In this document: positions 59,101-64,000 of the stretch, one piece after another | How positions within the stretch are numbered: position 1 is the first letter of the stretch | Layout: each line of letters starts with the position of its first letter | NCBI GenBank assembly: GCA_964016885.1 | Contig: OZ024744.1 | Location: 134,292,001-134,356,000, forward strand | Direction: 5' to 3' | DNA: 64,000 nt | Origin: Eledone cirrhosa | Taxonomy: Eukaryota | Program-made: the position numbers and the translations under genes | Notes under the pieces: model-generated | What the model saw: only the letters and a program-made list of their open reading frames with translations | Databases searched by the model: none | What the model was told of the DNA's origin: nothing

Positions 59101-62100
59101 AGTTAAGTTGGGGTTAAGTTAAGTTGGGGTTAAGTTAAGTTGGGGTTAAGTTAAGTTGGGGTTAAGTTAAGTTGGGGCTAAGTTAAGTTGGGGCTGAGTT
59201 AAGTTGGGGTTAAGTTAAGTTGGGCTTAATTTAAGTCGGGGTTAAGTTAAGTTAGGGTTCAGTTAAGTTGGGGTTAAGTTAAGTTGGGGTTAAGTTAAGT
59301 TGGGGTTAAGTTAAGTCGGGGTTAAGTTAAGTTGGGGTTAAGTTAAGTTGGGGTTAAGTTAAGTCGGGGTTAAGTTAAGTTGGGGTTAAGTTAAGTTGGG
59401 GTTAATTTAAGTTGGGGTTAAGTTAAGTTGGGGTTAAGTTAAGTTGGGGTTAAGTTAAGATGGGGTTAATTTAAGTTGGGGTTAAGTTAAGTTGAGGTTA
59501 AGTTAAGTTGGGGTTAAATTAAGTTGGGGTTAAGTTAAGTTGGGGTTAAGTCAAGTTGGGGTTAAGTTAAGTTGGGGATAAGTTAAGTTGGGGATAATTT
59601 AAGTTGGGTTTAAGTTAAGTTGGGGTTAAGTTGAGTTGGGGTTAAGTTAAGTTGGGGTTAAGTTAAGTTGGGGTTAATTTAAGTTGGGGCTAAGTTAAGT
59701 TGGGACTGAGTTAAGTTGGGGTTAAGTTAAGTTGGGGTTAAGTTAAGTTGGGGTTAAGTTAAGTTGGAGTTTATTTAAGTTGGGGTTAAGTTAAGTTGGG
59801 GTTCAGTTAAGTTGGGGTTAAGTTAAGTTGGGGTTAAGATGGGGTTAAATTAAGTTGGGGTTAAGTTAAGTTGGGGTTAAGTTAAGTTGGGGTTAAGTTA
59901 AGTCGGGGTTAAGTTAAGTCGGGGTTAAGTTAAGTTAGGGTTCAGTTAAGTTGGGGTTAAGTTAAGTTGGGGTTGAGTTAAGTTGGGGTTGAGTTAAATT
60001 GGGGTTGAGTTAAGTTGGGGTTGAGTTAAGTTGGTGTTGAGTTAAGTTGGGGTTAAGTTAAGTTGGGGTTAAGTTAATTTGTGGTTAAGTTAAGTTGGGG
60101 TTAAGTTAAGTTGGGGTTAAGTTAAGTTGGGGTTAAGTTAAGTCGGGGTTAAGTTAAGTTGGGGTTGAGTTAAGTTGGGGTTAATTTAAGTTGGGGTTAA
60201 GTTAAGTTGGGGTTAAGTTAAGTTGGGGTTAAGTTAAGTTGGGGTTAAGTTAAGTTGGGCTTAAGTTAAGTTGAGGTTAAGTTAAGTTCGGGTTAAATTA
60301 AGTTGGGGTTAAGTTAAGTTGGGGTTAAGTTAAGTTGGGGTTAAGTTAAGTTGGGGATAAGTTAAGTTGGGGTTAAGTTAAGTTGGGGTTAAGTTAAGTT
60401 GGGGTTAAGTTAAGTTGGGGTTAAGTTAAGTCGGGGTTAAGTTAAGTTGGGGTTAAGTTAAGTTGGGGTTAAGTTAAGTTGGGGTTAAGTTAAGTTGGGG
60501 TCAAGTTAAGTTGGGGTTAAGTTGGGGTTAAGTTAAGTTAGGTTTAAGTTAAGTTGGGGTTAAGTTAAGTTGGGGTTAAGTTAAGTTGGGGTTAAGTTAA
60601 GTTGGGGTTAAGTTAATTTGTGGTTAAGTTAAGTTGGGGTTAAGTTAAGTTGGGGTTAAGTTAAGTTGGGGTTAAGTTAAGTCGGAGTTAATTTAAGTTG
60701 GGGTTAAGTTAAGTTGGGGTTAATTTAAGTTGGGGTTAAGTTAAGTTGGGGTTAAGTTAAGTTGGGGTTAAATTAAGTTGGGGTTAAGTTAAGTTGGGGT
60801 TAAGTCAAGTTGGGGTTAAGTTAAGTTGGGGATAAGTTAAGTTGGGGATAATTTAAGTTGGGGTTAAGTTAAGTTGGGTTTAAGTTAAGTTGGGGTTAAG
60901 TTAAGTTGGGGTTAAGTTAAGTTGGGGTTAAGTTAAGTTGGGGTTAAGTTAAGTTGGGGTTAAGTTAAGTTGGGGCTGAGTTAAGTTGGGGTTAAGTTAA
61001 GTTGGGCTTAATTTAAGTCGGGGTTAAGTTAAGTTAGGGTTCAGTTAAGTTGGGGTTAAGTTAAGTTGGGGTTGAGTTAAGTTGGGGTTGAGTTAAATTG
61101 GGGTTGAGTTAAGTTGGGGTTGAGTTAAGTTGGTGTTGAGTTAAGTTGGGGTTAAGTTAAGTTGGGGTTAAGTTAAGTTGCAGTTAAGTTAAGTTGAGGT
61201 TAAGTTAAGGTGCGGTTAAGTTAAGTTGGGGTTAAGTTAAGTTGGGGCTAAGTTAAGTTGGGGCTAAGTTAAGTTGGGGCTAAGTTAAGTTGGGGTTAAG
61301 TTAAGTTGGGGTTAAGTTAAGTTGGGGTTAATTTAAGTTGGGGTTAAGTTAAGTTGGGGTTAAGTTAAGTTGGGGTTAAGTTAAGTTGGGGTTAAGTTAA
61401 GTCGGGGTTAAGTTAAGTCGGGGTTAAGTTAAGTTAGGGTTCAGTTAAGTTGGGGTTAAGTTAAGTTGGGGTTGAGTTAAGTTGGGGTTGAGTTAAATTG
61501 GGGTTGAGTTAAGTTGGGGTTGAGTTAAGTTGGTGTTGAGTTAAGTTGGGGTTAAGTTAAGTTGGGGTTAAGTTAATTTGTGGTTAAGTTAAGTTGGGGT
61601 TAAGTTAAGTTGGGGTTAAGTTAAGTTGGGGTTAAGTTAAGTCGGGGTTAAGTTAAGTTGGGGTTGAGTTAAGTTGGGGTTAATTTAAGTTGGGGTTAAG
61701 TTAAGTTGGGGTTAAGTTAAGTTGGGGTTAAGTTAAGTTGGGGTTAAGTTAAGTTGGGGTTAAGTTAAGTTGAGGTTAAGTTAAGTTGGGGTTAAATTAA
61801 GTTGGGGTTAAGTTAAGTTGGGGTTAAGTTAAGTTGGGGTTAAGTTAAGTTGGGGATAAGTTAAGTTGGGGATAATTTAAGTTGGGGTTAAGTTAAGTTG
61901 GGGATAAGTTAAGTTGGGGTTAAGTTAAGTTGGGGTTAAGTTAAGTTGGGGTTAAGTTGGGGCTAAGTTAAGTTGGGGCTGAGTTAAGTTGGGGTTAAGT
62001 TAAGTTGGGGTTAAGTTAAGTTGGGGTTAATTTAAGTTGGGGTTTATTTAAGTTGGGGTTACGTTAAGTTGGTGTTAAGTTAAGTTGGGGTTAATTTAAG

Positions 62101-64000
62101 TTGGGGTTAATTAAGTTGGGGTTAAGTTAAGTTGGGGTTAAGTTAAGTTGGGGTTAATTTAAGTTGGGGTTGAGTTAAGTTGGGGTTAAGTTAAGTTGGG
62201 GTTATATTAAGTTGGGGTTAAGTTAAGTTGGGGTTCAGTTAAGTTGGGTATAAGTTAAGTTGGGGTTAAGTTAAGTTGGGGTTAAGTTAAGTTGGGGTTA
62301 AGTTAAGTTGGTGTTAAGTTAAGTTGGGGCTAAGTTAAGTTGGGGCTGAGTTAAGTTGGGGCTGAGTTAAGTTGGGGTTAAGTTAAGTTGGGGTCAAGTT
62401 AAGTTGGGGTTAAGTTGGGGTTAAGTTAAGTTAGGTTTAAGTTAAGATGGGGTTAAGTTAAGTTGGGGTTAAGTTAAGTTTGGGTTAAGTTAATTTGTGG
62501 TTAAGTTAAGTTGGGGTTAAGTTAAGTTGGGGTTAAGTTAAGTTGGGGTTAAGTTAAGTCGGGGTTAAGTTAAGTTGGGGTTAAGTTAAGTTGGGGTTAA
62601 TTTAAGTTGGGGTTAAGTTAAGTTGGGGTCAAGTTAAGTTGGGGTTAAGTTGGGGTTAAGTTAAGTTAGGTTTAAGTTAAGTTGGGGTTAAGTTAAGTTG
62701 GGGTTAAGTTAAGTTGGGGTTAAGTTAAGTTGGGGTTAAGTTAAGTTGGGGTTAAGTTAAGTTGGGGTTAAGTTAAGTTGGGGTTAAGTTAAGTCGGGGT
62801 TAAGTTAAGTTGGGGTTAAGTTAAGTTGGGGTTAATTTAAGTTGGGGTTAAGTTAAGTTGGGGTTAAGTTAAGTTGGGGTTAAATTAAGTTGGGGTTAAG
62901 TTAAGTTGGGGTTAAGTCAAGTTGGGGTTAAGTTAAGTTGGGGATAAGTTAAGTTGGGTATAAGTTAAGTTGGGGTTAAGTTAAGTTGGGTATAAGTTAA
63001 GTTGGGGTCAAGTTAAGTTGGGGTTAAGTTGGGGTTAAGTTAAGTTAGGTTTAAGTTAAGTTGGGGTTAAGTTAAGTTGGGGTTAAGTTAAGTTGGGGTT
63101 AAGTTAAGTTGGGGTTAAGTTAAGTTGGGGATAAGTTAAGTTGGGTATAAGTTAAGTTGGGGTCAAGTTAAGTTGGGGTTAAGTTGGGGTTAAGTTAAGT
63201 TAGGTTTAAGTTAAGTTGGGGTTAAGTTAAGTTGGGGTTAAGTTAAGTTGGGGTTAAGTTAAGTTGGGGTTAAGTTAAGTTGGGGTTAAGTTAATTTGTG
63301 GTTAAGTTAAGTTGGGGTTAAGTTAAGTTGGGGTTAAGTTAAGTTGGGGTTAAGTTAAGTCGGGGTTAAGTTAAGTTGGGGTTAAGTTAAGTTGGGGTTA
63401 ATTTAAGTTGGGGTTAAGTTAAGTTGGGGTTAAGTTAAGTTGGGGTTAAATTAAGTTGGGGTTAAGTTAAGTTGGGGTTAAGTCAAGTTGGGGTTAAGTT
63501 AAGTTGGGGATAAGTTAAGTTGGGGATAATTTAAGTTGGGGTTAAGTTGGGTTTAAGTTAAGTTGGGGTTAAGTTAAGTTGGGGTTAAGTTAAGTTGGGG
63601 TTAAGTTAAGTTGGGGTTAAGTTAAGTTGGGGTTAAGTTAAGTTGGGGCTAAGTTAAGTTGGGGCTGAGTTAAGTTGGGGTTAAGTTAAGTTGGGCTTAA
63701 TTTAAGTCGGGGTTAAGTTAAGTTAGGGTTCAGTTAAGTTGGGGTTAAGTTAAGTTGGGGTTAAGTTAAGTTGGGGTTAAGTTAAGTCGGGGTTAAGTTA
63801 AGTTGGGGTTAAGTTAAGTTGGGGTTAAGTTAAGTCGGGGTTAAGTTAAGTTGGGGTTAAGTTAAGTTGGGGTTAATTTAAGTTGGGGTTAAGTTAAGTT
63901 GGGGTTAAGTTAAGTTGGGGTTAAGTTAAGATGGGGTTAATTTAAGTTGGGGTTAAGTTAAGTTGGGGTTAAATTAAGTTGGGGTTAAGTTAAGTTGGGG

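Larger units (their letters stand above)
1..64000 (+). repeat. Satellite DNA array, 16-bp monomer GGGGTTAAGTTAAGTT (~4,000 copies), runs off both window ends
   Basis: Seen directly: every line consists of this monomer or close variants (substitutions, 11-bp and 15-bp deletion forms). The monomer is G6 T6 A4 C0. No inversion (CCCC-containing block) and no foreign sequence seen. Confidence 0.99.

Noticed and set aside
1-64000. Protein-coding ORFs on either strand
   Set aside because: TTAA is palindromic and occurs twice per monomer, and 16 is not a multiple of 3, so TAA stops hit all six frames every few codons.
1-64000. CRISPR array or other repeat-spacer system
   Set aside because: There are no unique spacers; sequence between G-tracts is the same 12-mer with point variants, and no cas or other genes are present.
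1-64000. Active telomerase-synthesised telomere tract
   Set aside because: Variant combinations are inherited in kb-scale blocks at exact offsets, which implies DNA-level duplication rather than repeat-by-repeat templated addition. No terminus is visible. Telomeric ancestry remains open.
1-64000. Variant pattern as an encoded message, synthetic construct or pure sequencing artefact
   Set aside because: The hierarchy of shared and private variants with monomer-multiple indels fits ordinary satellite evolution; random errors would not recur at fixed offsets. Individual duplications could still be assembly artefacts.

Overview
The whole 64-kb window is one uninterrupted, single-orientation tandem array of a 16-bp monomer, GGGGTTAAGTTAAGTT, equivalent to (TTAAG)2-TTGGGG, with roughly 4,000 copies (64,000/16). 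The + strand is G/T-rich and almost free of C. I found no genes, RNAs, transposons, CRISPR array or unique sequence, and I cannot support a new coding or enzymatic system here. The interest lies in the structure. Point variants recur in a fixed order and define an irregular higher-order repeat (HOR) of about 2.3 kb, itself built from older sub-units of about 0.5-0.7 kb. Rare variants reveal nested tandem duplications (11.3 kb, 2,738 bp, 2,525 bp, 2,106 bp, 1,483 bp and several of 90-370 bp) and long-range block homologies at offsets of about 43-53.5 kb. The monomer resembles telomere motifs (TTGGGG; the bumblebee-type TTAGGTTGGGG), but the inherited variant patterns point to a recombination-amplified satellite, probably eukaryotic heterochromatin or centromere/subtelomere, rather than a telomerase-made tract. 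All offsets were read by eye from marker variants. Breakpoints are approximate because they fall inside runs of consensus monomers.
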